From NCBI GenBank assembly GCA_019244185.1, contig JAFATB010000022.1:32001-96000 (forward strand): a stretch of 64,000 nt of DNA, written 5' to 3'. The position numbers and the translations under genes are program-made. The DNA comes from Acidobacteriota bacterium (lineage in GTDB: Bacteria; Acidobacteriota; Thermoanaerobaculia; Gp7-AA8). This document shows, piece after piece, positions 51,740 to 61,352 of this stretch. Position 1 is the first letter of the stretch. Each line of letters starts with the position of its first letter. The notes below the pieces were generated by a model. That model did not search any database, had not been told where the DNA came from, and saw only the letters and a program-made list of their open reading frames with translations.

Positions 51740-53790
51740 TGCGCGCTCCCGTACGAGGTCGGCATGCGCATGCGGAAGCCCATCGTGAACGCGCGCGGCT
51801 GGCCGTTGCGGAACGAGTTCGGCGTGAGGACGTAGAAGTAGTGTTCGTCGAGCGCGTTCTCGAGCATCGCGTACGCGTCGATCCACGGCCGCAGCGGATG
51901 CGAGACCGCGAGGTCGAGGATGCGGTGCGCGGGCGCGGGGACGACGTTCGCCGGCTCGCCGTACGAGCGGCTCACGACACGCCAGCGCACGTCGGCGCTC
52001 GTGCCGCGCGTGGTCAGGTAGCGCAATCCGAGCGAGCCGTAATGCGGCGCGACGTCGGGCAGCACGTTGCCTTCGATGCTGCGATCGGTCGGGTTGTCGA
52101 CGAGCGTGGAGTCGGAGTACGTGTACCCCGCGTCGACCGAGAATTTCGGCGTGACCTGCACGTCCGTCATCAGCTCGACGCCCTGCGCGCGCGCGCTGCC
52201 GGCGTTGATGTTCTGCACGACGTTGCCGCCGCCGCCCGCCACCGGCACGCGCACCTGCAGGCCCTTGATGTCGTTGCGGAAGACATTGACTTCGACGTGC
52301 GCGCGCGGGTTGCCCCACTCGTAGCCGACCTCCGCGCCGGTGAGCGTCTCCGGCTTGAGGAACGGATTGGCCATGACGGTGCTCTGGCCGGACATCGAGT
52401 TGCGATAGAGCTCGCGCAGCGTCGGCGCGCGGAAGCCGCGGTACGCCGCGCCGCGGATCGCGGAGCTGCCGTTCAGCGCGTAGCGGAGCGAGAGGCGCGG
52501 GTCGAGCTGGCGCGACGTCGTGGACGGATAGACCGTCGTCGCGCCGCCGAGGACGACGTCGGAGGCGCCGGTGTTCGTGAAGTAATCGTAGCGGGCGCTG
52601 AGCAGCGCCTCGAAGCGCGTGACCGGGCGCCAGCTGGCCTGCGAGTACAGGCCGGCGAAACGCTGATGCCCGGTGAGCACGTCGCGCTGCGTCACGCGCG
52701 CGTTGCGATCCATGTTCGTGGTGTGGTCGGTCGCGTCGATGTCGGTGACGTCGACGCCGAACGAGTAGAACGCGAGCGCGCCGGAGCGCTGGCGCGAGTA
52801 GTCGACGGACGCGCCGGTCTCGTTGCCCGGCACCGTGCTGTCGGAGGAGACCCATTCCGCGGCGCGCGCGCCGATGGTCGACGCGGTGGCGATGCGCATG
52901 TTCTCGTGCTGATGGAAGAGCGTCGCGGAGAAGAGTCCCGAGCTGCCGACCGCGGTCTGGAGACCGCTGGAGAAGTCGGCGATCTCGCGCTTCACATACG
53001 AGAGGTGCGTGCCCTGCGAGACGTCCACTTCCGCGGTGCTGCCTTTGACGTACGCGTTGGTCCGGTCGCTCGGGCGGTATTCGGCGCGCGCGGTCGTGAT
53101 CGCGCTGTCGAGCCAGCCCGGCGCGTCGATCGCGCCCGGCGTTGGGACACGGATGGTTCCGTTCGTGTTCCAGCGGTCGTGGCTGAGGCGCACCGCCCAG
53201 CGGCTGCTCAGCATCTCGTCGATCGTCAGCGCCTGCTGCTGCGAGGCGTCGGTGCCGTATGAAGTCAGCACGCGCACCTCGTCTTCGTCGACGGGGCGGG
53301 TGAGGAGGTTGATCGTGCCGCCGACGGCGAAGTTGCCGAAGAGACTCGCGTTCGCGCCGCGCACGACCTCGACCTGCTTGAGCGAGTCGATCGGCACCTT
53401 CTGCCATTCGATCGTGCCGTAATACGGATCGTGAATGGGCACGCCGTCGAGGAGCACGAGCGCGCGCTGGCCGCCCAGGCCGCGCATCGAGACACGGTGG
53501 TTCTGTACGCCGGTGTTCGCCGCGCTGGCGATCGGCATGTTCACGCCGGGGATCGTGCGCAGGATGTCGTCGATCGTATGCGCGGGCGTCGCCTTCAGCT
53601 TCGCTTCCGGCACGACCGTCGTGCTGATCGGCAGCTCGCTCACCGCGCGCTCGCTGCGCGTGGCGGTGACGACGACCGTCTCCTCGACTTTCGGCTTTTT
53701 GTCGGCGGCTTCTTTTTCGCCGGCGGGGGCTTCCTGGGCGAAAACAGGCAGAGCGAGAGCAGTGAGCAGCAGGAGCGCGGAGCGGCGCAA
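51736..53790 (-). CDS. TonB-dependent receptor
   Basis: TTG at 53790 after AAGGAG; signal peptide; ETVVVTATR, LVLLDGVP, VEVVRG, GFRAPTLRELY, PETL, ENALD. Confidence 0.9.
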   Translation of the reverse strand: MRRSALLLLTALALPVFAQEAPAGEKEAADKKPKVEETVVVTATRSERAVSELPISTTVVPEAKLKATPAHTIDDILRTIPGVNMPIASAANTGVQNHRVSMRGLGGQRALVLLDGVPIHDPYYGTIEWQKVPIDSLKQVEVVRGANASLFGNFAVGGTINLLTRPVDEDEVRVLTSYGTDASQQQALTIDEMLSSRWAVRLSHDRWNTNGTIRVPTPGAIDAPGWLDSAITTARAEYRPSDRTNAYVKGSTAEVDVSQGTHLSYVKREIADFSSGLQTAVGSSGLFSATLFHQHENMRIATASTIGARAAEWVSSDSTVPGNETGASVDYSRQRSGALAFYSFGVDVTDIDATDHTTNMDRNARVTQRDVLTGHQRFAGLYSQASWRPVTRFEALLSARYDYFTNTGASDVVLGGATTVYPSTTSRQLDPRLSLRYALNGSSAIRGAAYRGFRAPTLRELYRNSMSGQSTVMANPFLKPETLTGAEVGYEWGNPRAHVEVNVFRNDIKGLQVRVPVAGGGGNVVQNINAGSARAQGVELMTDVQVTPKFSVDAGYTYSDSTLVDNPTDRSIEGNVLPDVAPHYGSLGLRYLTTRGTSADVRWRVVSRSYGEPANVVPAPAHRILDLAVSHPLRPWIDAYAMLENALDEHYFYVLTPNSFRNGQPRAFTMGFRMRMPTSYGSAH

Positions 53791-53801
53791 GATGTCTCCT
53801 T

Positions 53802-53873
53802 GACGTTGGACGAGTCCGGGACGTTGGACGAGTTCGGACGGGGCCAGTATAGCCGCCGCGCCGCGCGAAGCAA
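53802..53873 (-). promoter_or_regulatory. candidate promoter and 5'-UTR direct repeat of the TonB-ABC operon
   Basis: Minus strand TTGCTT-16nt-TATACT (53873-53846). GACGTTGGACGAGT occurs twice (53802, 53820), adjacent to the SD. Confidence 0.45.
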
Positions 53874-53914
53874 TCGGCGGACACCGACCGACTTGCCTCC
53901 GTATCTGAGGACGC

Positions 53915-55423
53915 ATGTATGCTCCCGCGACCGTGAACGCAGCCCCTGTCCGCGCTCCGACGACCCGCGCCCTCATGGGCCGCGCCCGCCCGTACGTTTC
54001 CTCGCACTGGGGCACCGCGCTGGCCATGCTCGCCGTGTTGACGGCGTACACCTTCTTCACGAGTAAAGGAACGATGGAGTTCCGTCGCATCCCGTGGGAC
54101 CAGTCGTATTACGCGAGTCTCACCGAGAGCATGCGCTACGGACACGTCTCGCTGATGCAGAGCCCCGACCCGCGGCTCGCGCAGATGAAGAACCCGTACG
54201 ACTACAACGCCCGCGGCGCCGAGAGCATCGACTTCCTGTGGGACCTCAGCTACTTCCGCGGCAAGTACTACCTCTATTTCACCGTCCTGCCGGTGTTCCT
54301 CGTCTATCTGCCGTTCCGCTGGATCGGCGGCGGCTATCCGTCGGACCAGCTCGTGACGCTGCTGTTCTCGGCGTGGTCGTTCCTCCTGCTGGTCGCGTTC
54401 GCGAAACGCGCATTGCGCGGGCGGAAGCTGCACCTGCCGTTCGCGTTGTGGGTGCTGCTGATCGGCTTCGGCAATACGGTCTGCTTCAATGCGACCGAGG
54501 TGCGGATGTACGAGGTGGCGATCGCGTGCGGCATGGCCATGTCGGCGACGTGGGCGTATGCGCTGCTCCGCTTCAGCGAAGAACCGACCATTCGCCGCGC
54601 CGCCTGGATGGCGCTGTGGCTCGCGCTCGCGATCGCGTCGCGGCCGAACTTCGGAGTGCTGCTGCTCGTGGCCGGACTCGCGCTCTGGAAGACCGCGGAT
54701 CGCTGGCGCATCATCCGCGCGGCGCTCGTGCCGCTCGCGGTCGTCGCGATCGCGCTCATGGCGTACAACGTCGCGCGCTTCCGCAAGCCGCTCGAGTTCG
54801 GGGTCACGTACCAGATGACGTTTCCCGACATGCGCCAGCACAAGGTCTGCAGCCTCTGCAAGCCGAACGAGTTCCTGCGCCTCGTCAACAACCTCGTGCA
54901 CTACGAGTTCTGGGCGCCGAGCGTCGGCGGCAAGTTCCCGTTCGTCGACCTGCAGCGCAACCGCCTCGATCCCGACGTCTCGTACGGCGGCGGCGCCGAG
55001 CAGACCGTCGGCGTCGGCGCGCTCGTGCCGATCACGATCCTCGGCTCGCTCTTCGCGCTGCTGTTCGTGCTGCGCCGCGATGCCGGGTCCGATCCGCCGC
55101 TGCGCGGCGCACTGCGCGTCATGGCCGGCGCGTGGCTGATCCTTCTCGGACTGTCCACCTGCTGGTGGGTCACCGCACGCTACACGCTCGACTTCATGAT
55201 GCTCATGACGGCGTCGAGCGCGGTCATCGTCGAATACGGCCTCGATTGGCTCGGCGACCTCGGCATCCGGCTGCGCCCGCTGCGCGTGCTTCTCGTCGCG
55301 CTCGCGTGCTACACGATCGCCATCGGATTCGAAGCCGGCTTCATGGGCGTGAACGGCGCGTTCGCGCGCGTCGCGCCCGACCTCTTCCAGAAGCTCGCAA
55401 AGTACGGCTCGCAGACACAATAG
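53915..55423 (+). CDS. multi-TM membrane protein, possibly GT-C-fold glycosyltransferase-like
   Basis: About 11 hydrophobic segments; first periplasmic loop DQSYY...WDLSYFRGKYYLYF; SRPN; ARYTLDF. Confidence 0.65.
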   Translation: MYAPATVNAAPVRAPTTRALMGRARPYVSSHWGTALAMLAVLTAYTFFTSKGTMEFRRIPWDQSYYASLTESMRYGHVSLMQSPDPRLAQMKNPYDYNARGAESIDFLWDLSYFRGKYYLYFTVLPVFLVYLPFRWIGGGYPSDQLVTLLFSAWSFLLLVAFAKRALRGRKLHLPFALWVLLIGFGNTVCFNATEVRMYEVAIACGMAMSATWAYALLRFSEEPTIRRAAWMALWLALAIASRPNFGVLLLVAGLALWKTADRWRIIRAALVPLAVVAIALMAYNVARFRKPLEFGVTYQMTFPDMRQHKVCSLCKPNEFLRLVNNLVHYEFWAPSVGGKFPFVDLQRNRLDPDVSYGGGAEQTVGVGALVPITILGSLFALLFVLRRDAGSDPPLRGALRVMAGAWLILLGLSTCWWVTARYTLDFMMLMTASSAVIVEYGLDWLGDLGIRLRPLRVLLVALACYTIAIGFEAGFMGVNGAFARVAPDLFQKLAKYGSQTQ

Positions 55424-55435
55424 AATCGCGCGTCT

Positions 55436-58345
55436 ATGCGCCGACTGTTCTGCGTCCTCTTCTTCGCAAACCTCTTCGCGCTCGCAGCCTCCGCACAACT
55501 CGACCCGTCGCGCTTCGCCGAGATGCGCTGGCGGCACATCGGCCCGTTCCGCGGCGGACGCACCGTCGCCGCCGTCGGCATCCCCTCGCAGCCGCACACC
55601 TTCTACATCGGCGTCAACAACGGCGGCGTCTGGAAGACCACCGACGCGGGCCGCATCTGGACGCCGATCTTCGACGACCAGCCGACCGGCTCCATCGGCG
55701 CGATCGCGGTCGCGCCGTCCGATCCGAACGTGATCTACGCCGGCAGCGGCGAAGGTCTGCAGCGCCCCGATCTTTCCACCGGCGACGGTATCTACAAATC
55801 CACCGACGCCGGCGCCACCTGGACGCACCTTGGCCTCCGCGACGGCCAGCAGATTCCGATGATCGCCGTCGATCCGCGCGATCCGAACCGCCTCTTCGTC
55901 GCGGTGTTGGGACATCCCTACGGCCCGAACGTCGAGCGCGGGATCTTCCGCTCGGTGGACGGCGGCCGCACGTTCGAGCGCGTGCTCTATCGCGACGAGA
56001 ACAGCGGCGGCATCGACGTCGTCATCGATCCGGCGAATCCGCAGCTCGTCTACGCCGCGTTGTGGGACGCGCGGCAGGGTCCGTGGGAGAACGGCACGTT
56101 CCGCGGCACCGGCAGCGGCTTGTACAAGTCGACCGACGGCGGCACGACGTGGCGGATGCTGACCAATGGCTTGCCGACGCCTCAGCAGGGACTCTCGCGC
56201 ATCGGACTCGACCTGGCGCGCACCGACTCGCGCCGTCTGTTCGCTGTGGTCAGCACGTCCGGCGAGGTGAAGGGCGGCGGCCTCTATCGCTCCGACGACG
56301 CGGGCGAGACGTGGACGAACGTCAACGACGACATCCGCCTGTGGGGACGCGACGGCGACTTCAACGAGGTGCGCATCGACCCCGCGAACGCGAACGTGGT
56401 CTACGTCGCGAACATCGTCACGTGGAAGTCGACCGACGGCGGCAAGACGTTCGCGGCGTTCCGCGGCGCGCCGGGCGGCGACGACTATCACCGCATCTGG
56501 CTCAATCCGACGAACCCGAACATTGTCCTCATCGCGTCGGATCAAGGCGCGATCGTCACGCTCAACGGCGGCGCGACGTGGAGCTCCTGGTACAACCAGC
56601 CCACCGCGCAGATGTACCACGTCAACACCGACAACGCCTTTCCGTATCGCGTCTGCGGCGGCCAGCAGGAGAGCGGCTCCGCGTGCGTGGCCAGCCGCGG
56701 CGACGAGGGACGCATCACGTTCCGCGACTGGCGCCCGGTCGGCGTCGAGGAGTACGGCTACGCCGTGCCCGATCCGCTGGATCCCGATGTCGTCTACGGC
56801 GGCAAGCTGACGCGCTGGGATCGCCGCACCGGTCAGGTGCAGGACATCACGCCGCGCCCCCTCGGCGGCGCCGGCTATCGCGTGCTCCGCACGCAGCCGG
56901 TCGTGTTCTCGCCGATCGATCCGCACGTCCTCTACTTCGCCTCGAACACGCTGTGGAAGACGACGAACGGCGGCAACTTGTGGACCGAGATCAGCCCCGA
57001 CCTCACGCGCAAGACGTGGAGCGTGCCGGCGAACGTCGGCGTGTACGCGCCGACCGTGACGCCGAAGCAGCGCGGCGTGATCTACGCCGTCGCGCCGTCG
57101 CCGCTCGACGCGAACCGCATCTGGGCCGGCACGGACGACGGCCTGCTGCACGTCACCACCGACGGCGGCAAAACGTGGAGCGACGTCACGCCGCCGTCGC
57201 TCGTGCCGTGGGCGAAGGTCTCCATCCTCGAGGCCTCGCACTTCGACGCGCGGACCGCCTACGCCGCGATCAACACGTTCCGCCTCGACGACTTGCGCCC
57301 GCACATCCTGCGCACGCGCGACGGCGGCAAGACGTGGAGCGAGATCGTGAACGGCATTCCCGCCGCCGGCATCATCAACGTCGTCCGCGAAGATCCGAAA
57401 ACGCGCGGCCTGCTCTTCGCCGGCAGCGAACGCGAGGTGTACGTCTCGTCCGATGACGGCGAGCACTGGCAGTCGCTGCGTCTCAACATGCCCGCGTCGT
57501 CGATCCGCGACCTCGTGCTGAAGGATGACGATGTCGTCGTCGCCACGCACGGCCGAGGATTCTGGATCCTGGACGACATCGAGCCGCTGCGGCAGGTCTC
57601 GCGCGTCAGCGGCGCCGCGTATCTCTTCGCACCGCAGCGCGCGTGGCGTCTGCGCGGCAACCTCAACACCGACACGCCGCTGCCGCCCGACGAGCCGGCC
57701 GGCGAGAATCCGCCCGACGGCGCCATCATTGATTACTGGCTCGCGTCGAATGCCACCGGCGTCGTGACGCTGGAGATCCTCGACGCGAACAACAACGTCC
57801 TGCGCCGCTACGCGAGCGACGATCCGGTCGAGCCGGTCTCCGACGAAGGCAACGTGCCGCGCTGGTGGATCCGCCCGCGCCGTCCGCTCGCCACCACCGC
57901 GGGCATGCATCGCGTGACGTGGGACATGCACAACACTCCATTGCACGAGGAGCGCGAGAGCTTCCCGATCGCGGCGACGCCGGAAGACACCGCGCCGAAC
58001 GCCGCCGCGGTGTGGGTGCTGCCCGGCACGTACACCGTGCGCCTCACCGCGAACGGTGTGACGACCACGCGCCCGCTCGTCGTGCAACTCGACCCGCGCG
58101 TGAAGGCGCCGCTGTCCGCGCTGCAGCAGCAACACGATCTCTCCATGCGCGTGTACGTTGCGCTGGCAGGGGCGCTGGCGCGCGCGCGCGGCGCGAAGCC
58201 TGCCGCGAGCCCGGCCGCCGCGGACGCTACCGCTAACAATGACAAGGCCGACGCGTTGCGCGGCCTGCTCGAGATCCTGCAGAGCGCCGACGTCGCGCCG
58301 TCGGCGCAGCTCGTCGCGGCCGTCGAGGAGGCGCTGCGGCAGTGA
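55436..58345 (+). CDS. secreted BNR/Asp-box (VPS10/YCF48-like) beta-propeller glycosyl-hydrolase-like protein
   Basis: Signal peptide, WRHIGPFRGGR, many S/T-x-DGG-x-TW Asp boxes, ATHGRGFWILDD. Confidence 0.88.
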   Translation: MRRLFCVLFFANLFALAASAQLDPSRFAEMRWRHIGPFRGGRTVAAVGIPSQPHTFYIGVNNGGVWKTTDAGRIWTPIFDDQPTGSIGAIAVAPSDPNVIYAGSGEGLQRPDLSTGDGIYKSTDAGATWTHLGLRDGQQIPMIAVDPRDPNRLFVAVLGHPYGPNVERGIFRSVDGGRTFERVLYRDENSGGIDVVIDPANPQLVYAALWDARQGPWENGTFRGTGSGLYKSTDGGTTWRMLTNGLPTPQQGLSRIGLDLARTDSRRLFAVVSTSGEVKGGGLYRSDDAGETWTNVNDDIRLWGRDGDFNEVRIDPANANVVYVANIVTWKSTDGGKTFAAFRGAPGGDDYHRIWLNPTNPNIVLIASDQGAIVTLNGGATWSSWYNQPTAQMYHVNTDNAFPYRVCGGQQESGSACVASRGDEGRITFRDWRPVGVEEYGYAVPDPLDPDVVYGGKLTRWDRRTGQVQDITPRPLGGAGYRVLRTQPVVFSPIDPHVLYFASNTLWKTTNGGNLWTEISPDLTRKTWSVPANVGVYAPTVTPKQRGVIYAVAPSPLDANRIWAGTDDGLLHVTTDGGKTWSDVTPPSLVPWAKVSILEASHFDARTAYAAINTFRLDDLRPHILRTRDGGKTWSEIVNGIPAAGIINVVREDPKTRGLLFAGSEREVYVSSDDGEHWQSLRLNMPASSIRDLVLKDDDVVVATHGRGFWILDDIEPLRQVSRVSGAAYLFAPQRAWRLRGNLNTDTPLPPDEPAGENPPDGAIIDYWLASNATGVVTLEILDANNNVLRRYASDDPVEPVSDEGNVPRWWIRPRRPLATTAGMHRVTWDMHNTPLHEERESFPIAATPEDTAPNAAAVWVLPGTYTVRLTANGVTTTRPLVVQLDPRVKAPLSALQQQHDLSMRVYVALAGALARARGAKPAASPAAADATANNDKADALRGLLEILQSADVAPSAQLVAAVEEALRQ

Positions 58346-59973
58346 CGATTCCGCGCCTCACGCGCTTCCTCACGCAGCTCATCAGCGAGACGAGCGCGCT
58401 CTCCGTCGACGACACGCTCGCGCTCGCGGAGCAGGCGCCGCAGCTCGACGACGACCCGGAGCTCGCGCACGAGATCCGCGACTTCCGCGCGCTCCTCGGC
58501 CGCTTCCGTCTCAACGCCGCGCCGATCGAGTCGCTGCTCGCGCATCCCGTCTCCCGCGCGCTCGAGGCGTTTCTCCTCGCGTTCCCGATTCCCTTTCACG
58601 ACGAGCACATTCACCTCACCGGCTCGCTCGACGCCGAGTTCGTCTGGTCTCGCCTCGGCGCACTGCTCGACGGTCCCGACCGCGCGCTGTACGAGGCCAA
58701 GATCGCGGAGGTCTACGGCCCCGACGCGCTGCCGATCCGCGGCGTCGCCGACGTCGACCGCCTCATCCGCCTGCGCGATGAAGACCGCTTCGATCGCTAC
58801 CTCAAGATCCTCTATCTCCCCAAGCTGATCCTCACGACGCGCGAGGCGCACCGCGCCGCCGCGTACCACATGGCCTCGCGACTCTGGCGTACGTCGAACG
58901 TCGGCTCGCTGCGCCTGAAGTTCACGCTGTTCCGCGAGACCACCGATCCCTCCGAGCAGATCCCCGGCCTCGGCGCGCTGACGCCCGAGGACGTGCTGCT
59001 GGGGCTGTGCGAAGGCTTTCGGGAGTTTCAAGCGGAGCAGCGCGAGTTCCGCTTCATCCTCTCGCCGAGCTTCCGCAAGGAGCCGGGCTTCTACGACGCC
59101 ACGCGCTACGCGTCGAAACGCGAGAGCTTCGACGATCAGGTGCGGCAGATCATCGACCTGCTCAAGAAGCATCCCGAGCTGCGCGACGTGCTGACGGAAG
59201 TCGACACCGTCGGCAACGAGCGCGGCTTCTATCGCAAGGCGCACTTTCAGGAGATGCGCGTCGGCATGCGCAAGCTGCAGGCGTACGGCCTGCGCACGCG
59301 CAGCCATCACGGCGAGACGTGGAACACGCTGCGGCAGGGCGTGCAGGCCGTCGATAACGCGATGAACATCTGGTACGTCGACGCCATCGAGCACGGCCTC
59401 TCGCTCGGCATCAATCCCAACTTCTACTTCCACGCGCTGCTGCAGCGCATCCTCCGCGCGAACCGCCGTGGCGAGCCGATCGCGCCGCACTCGCGCGAGC
59501 TCGCGGAGCTGATGGACATGGACACCAGCGGCCGCGAGGAGATCCGCGAGAAGCTCGTGCGCGGCGAGCCGCTCACGGATTCCGAAGCGACGCTGGCGAC
59601 GAAGACGAAGTTCCACCACGCGCGCGAGGTTGAGCACTACCAGCACGACGTGCTCAATCGCATGATCGACAAGCGCCTCACGCTCGTCTCGCTGCCGTCG
59701 TCGAACAAGAAGCTCACCGGCGCGCTCGCCGACTATGCCGACCATCCGTTTTCCTGGTGGGAGAAAAAAGGCCTCCGCCTCGGCGTCGGCACCGACAACG
59801 ACATCACGCTCTCGACGAGCCTCGTCCGCGAGATGCTGATCCTGCTCTACACCGATCCGCTCGAGCTCAAGCTCGCCAAACTCCTCATCGTCACCACCGG
59901 CGAAACGCGCCGCTCGCACCTGTCGCATCTGCTGTGGGAGATGCGGAAGGGTGGGGGAGCCCAGGGAAACTGA
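58342..59973 (+). CDS. adenosine/AMP deaminase-like amidohydrolase
   Basis: DEHIHLTGSL, HHGE, IEHG and GTDN metal/catalytic motifs; GTGA overlap with the upstream gene. Confidence 0.75.
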   Translation: MTIPRLTRFLTQLISETSALSVDDTLALAEQAPQLDDDPELAHEIRDFRALLGRFRLNAAPIESLLAHPVSRALEAFLLAFPIPFHDEHIHLTGSLDAEFVWSRLGALLDGPDRALYEAKIAEVYGPDALPIRGVADVDRLIRLRDEDRFDRYLKILYLPKLILTTREAHRAAAYHMASRLWRTSNVGSLRLKFTLFRETTDPSEQIPGLGALTPEDVLLGLCEGFREFQAEQREFRFILSPSFRKEPGFYDATRYASKRESFDDQVRQIIDLLKKHPELRDVLTEVDTVGNERGFYRKAHFQEMRVGMRKLQAYGLRTRSHHGETWNTLRQGVQAVDNAMNIWYVDAIEHGLSLGINPNFYFHALLQRILRANRRGEPIAPHSRELAELMDMDTSGREEIREKLVRGEPLTDSEATLATKTKFHHAREVEHYQHDVLNRMIDKRLTLVSLPSSNKKLTGALADYADHPFSWWEKKGLRLGVGTDNDITLSTSLVREMLILLYTDPLELKLAKLLIVTTGETRRSHLSHLLWEMRKGGGAQGN

Positions 59974-60152
59974 CGCGCGGCCGCGCGACCGAACGCGCGG
60001 CTCGCAGCGATCTGCGCTCGCACTGCGTTCGACCGACGCCCGAACGCATTCGGTACTTGCCGCGACGCGATCTTCCGGCGCACGGGCGCAGCGTGCCGCC
60101 GTCGCGTGGGATGAACGCGGCCAACGACGGCAGGAATACGACCGCGGTTCGC

Positions 60153-60572
60153 ATGAAAGCCGGAACGCGACGCTTGAAATCCAGAATCGGTCGCACGAAA
60201 GCCAGAATCGGTCGCATGAAATCCAGAACGCGACGCGTGAAATCCAGAACGCGACGCGTGAAAACCAGAATTCATGGCGTGAAATCCAGAATCGGTCGCA
60301 TGAAAGCCAGAATCGCTCGCGTGAAATCCAGAACGCGACGCGTGAAAACCAGAATTCATGGCTTGAAAACCAGAATCGGTCGCATGAAAGCCAGAACGCG
60401 ACGCATGAAATCCAGAACGCGACGCATGAAAACCAGAATCGGACGCGTGAAAACCAGAATTGGACGCGTGAAAACCAGAATCGAACGCGTGAAATCCAGA
60501 ATTGGACGCGTGAAATCCAGAATTGGACGCGTGAAAACCGGAACGCGTCGCGTGAACGCCACGACGCGTCGC
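60153..60572. repeat. tandem array of 20 imperfect 21-bp units
   Basis: Units of the form (A/G/T)TGAAA(T/A/G)CCAGAA + variable 5 nt + CGC/GGC, counted by hand from 60153; the last unit is degenerate. Confidence 0.92.
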
Positions 60573-60952
60573 GTGCTCGGCTTTTCAATGTAATCGCGCC
60601 AACCGCGAGGCGTACACTCTGGGCAGGCATTCCGGAGCGGATGCCCTGCGTCATCGCTCGCATGCGATCTACCGTGAATCGAATGATGCCTGCGGGGAGC
60701 GCACGGCGCGATTTCGCGGTCGTCGTCGGCGTCCTCCTGCTCGTCCTCGCCGCCGAGGCCTTCTATGTGATCCGGTTCGACCTCCAGGAGCGCAGCGCCG
60801 GTGCCGCCCGGCGCCCTTCGAGATGACCGATCTCGCGCAGGCGCTCCGCATCGCGCTGGCGTGAGATTCACCGCATGCAGCAAACGCTGCAGCTGACGCG
60901 TCACCGCGCAGCTGAGCGCGCAAGATCAACACGCGTTTTCAAGACGGCAGCG

Positions 60953-61252
60953 ATGACGGTTCAAACGCGTTTGTCGATTCTGACTCTCACCTGGATCGTC
61001 GGTGGCTTCACGACGGCGACGCTCGCTCTGTTCGTCTCTCCTTGGTTCTTGTTCGCGACAGCCTTCATCTTGTGCGTGACCGGTGTGCTCATCGAGCGGA
61101 CACGCTGTTCGCATTGTGGTCACCCCTTGCTGCGTCGCCATGTCCGCTTAGGGCCGTTGTCGATCCCGTACTACTGGACTACGGTGCCGGTGAACTGCGG
61201 TCGCTGCGCTTCTAGACAGCCCTCACGCGGCGTGCGTGTCGGTTCATGCTGA
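60953..61252 (+). CDS. small 2-TM protein with CxxC...CxxC zinc-ribbon-like motif
   Basis: Two hydrophobic helices, then CSHC and CGRC; more AT-rich codons than the neighbours. Confidence 0.5.
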   Translation: MTVQTRLSILTLTWIVGGFTTATLALFVSPWFLFATAFILCVTGVLIERTRCSHCGHPLLRRHVRLGPLSIPYYWTTVPVNCGRCASRQPSRGVRVGSC

Positions 61253-61352
61253 CCTCGCCTCAGAATCCCGCGACCGACCACGCACCGTAACGAAGGTTTG
61301 ACCCTCTTCGCGACACTCCATATTGAGGCGACCGCTGGCGCGCGGTCCCGAC

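Noticed and set aside
50738-58135. 2465-aa minus-strand ORF
   Set aside because: Shadow of the plus-strand genes and out of frame with the TonB receptor; only its last 333 codons (the SBP) are real.
60153-60572. CRISPR array
   Set aside because: The period is only 21 bp, the variable parts recur rather than being unique spacers, and no cas genes are present.
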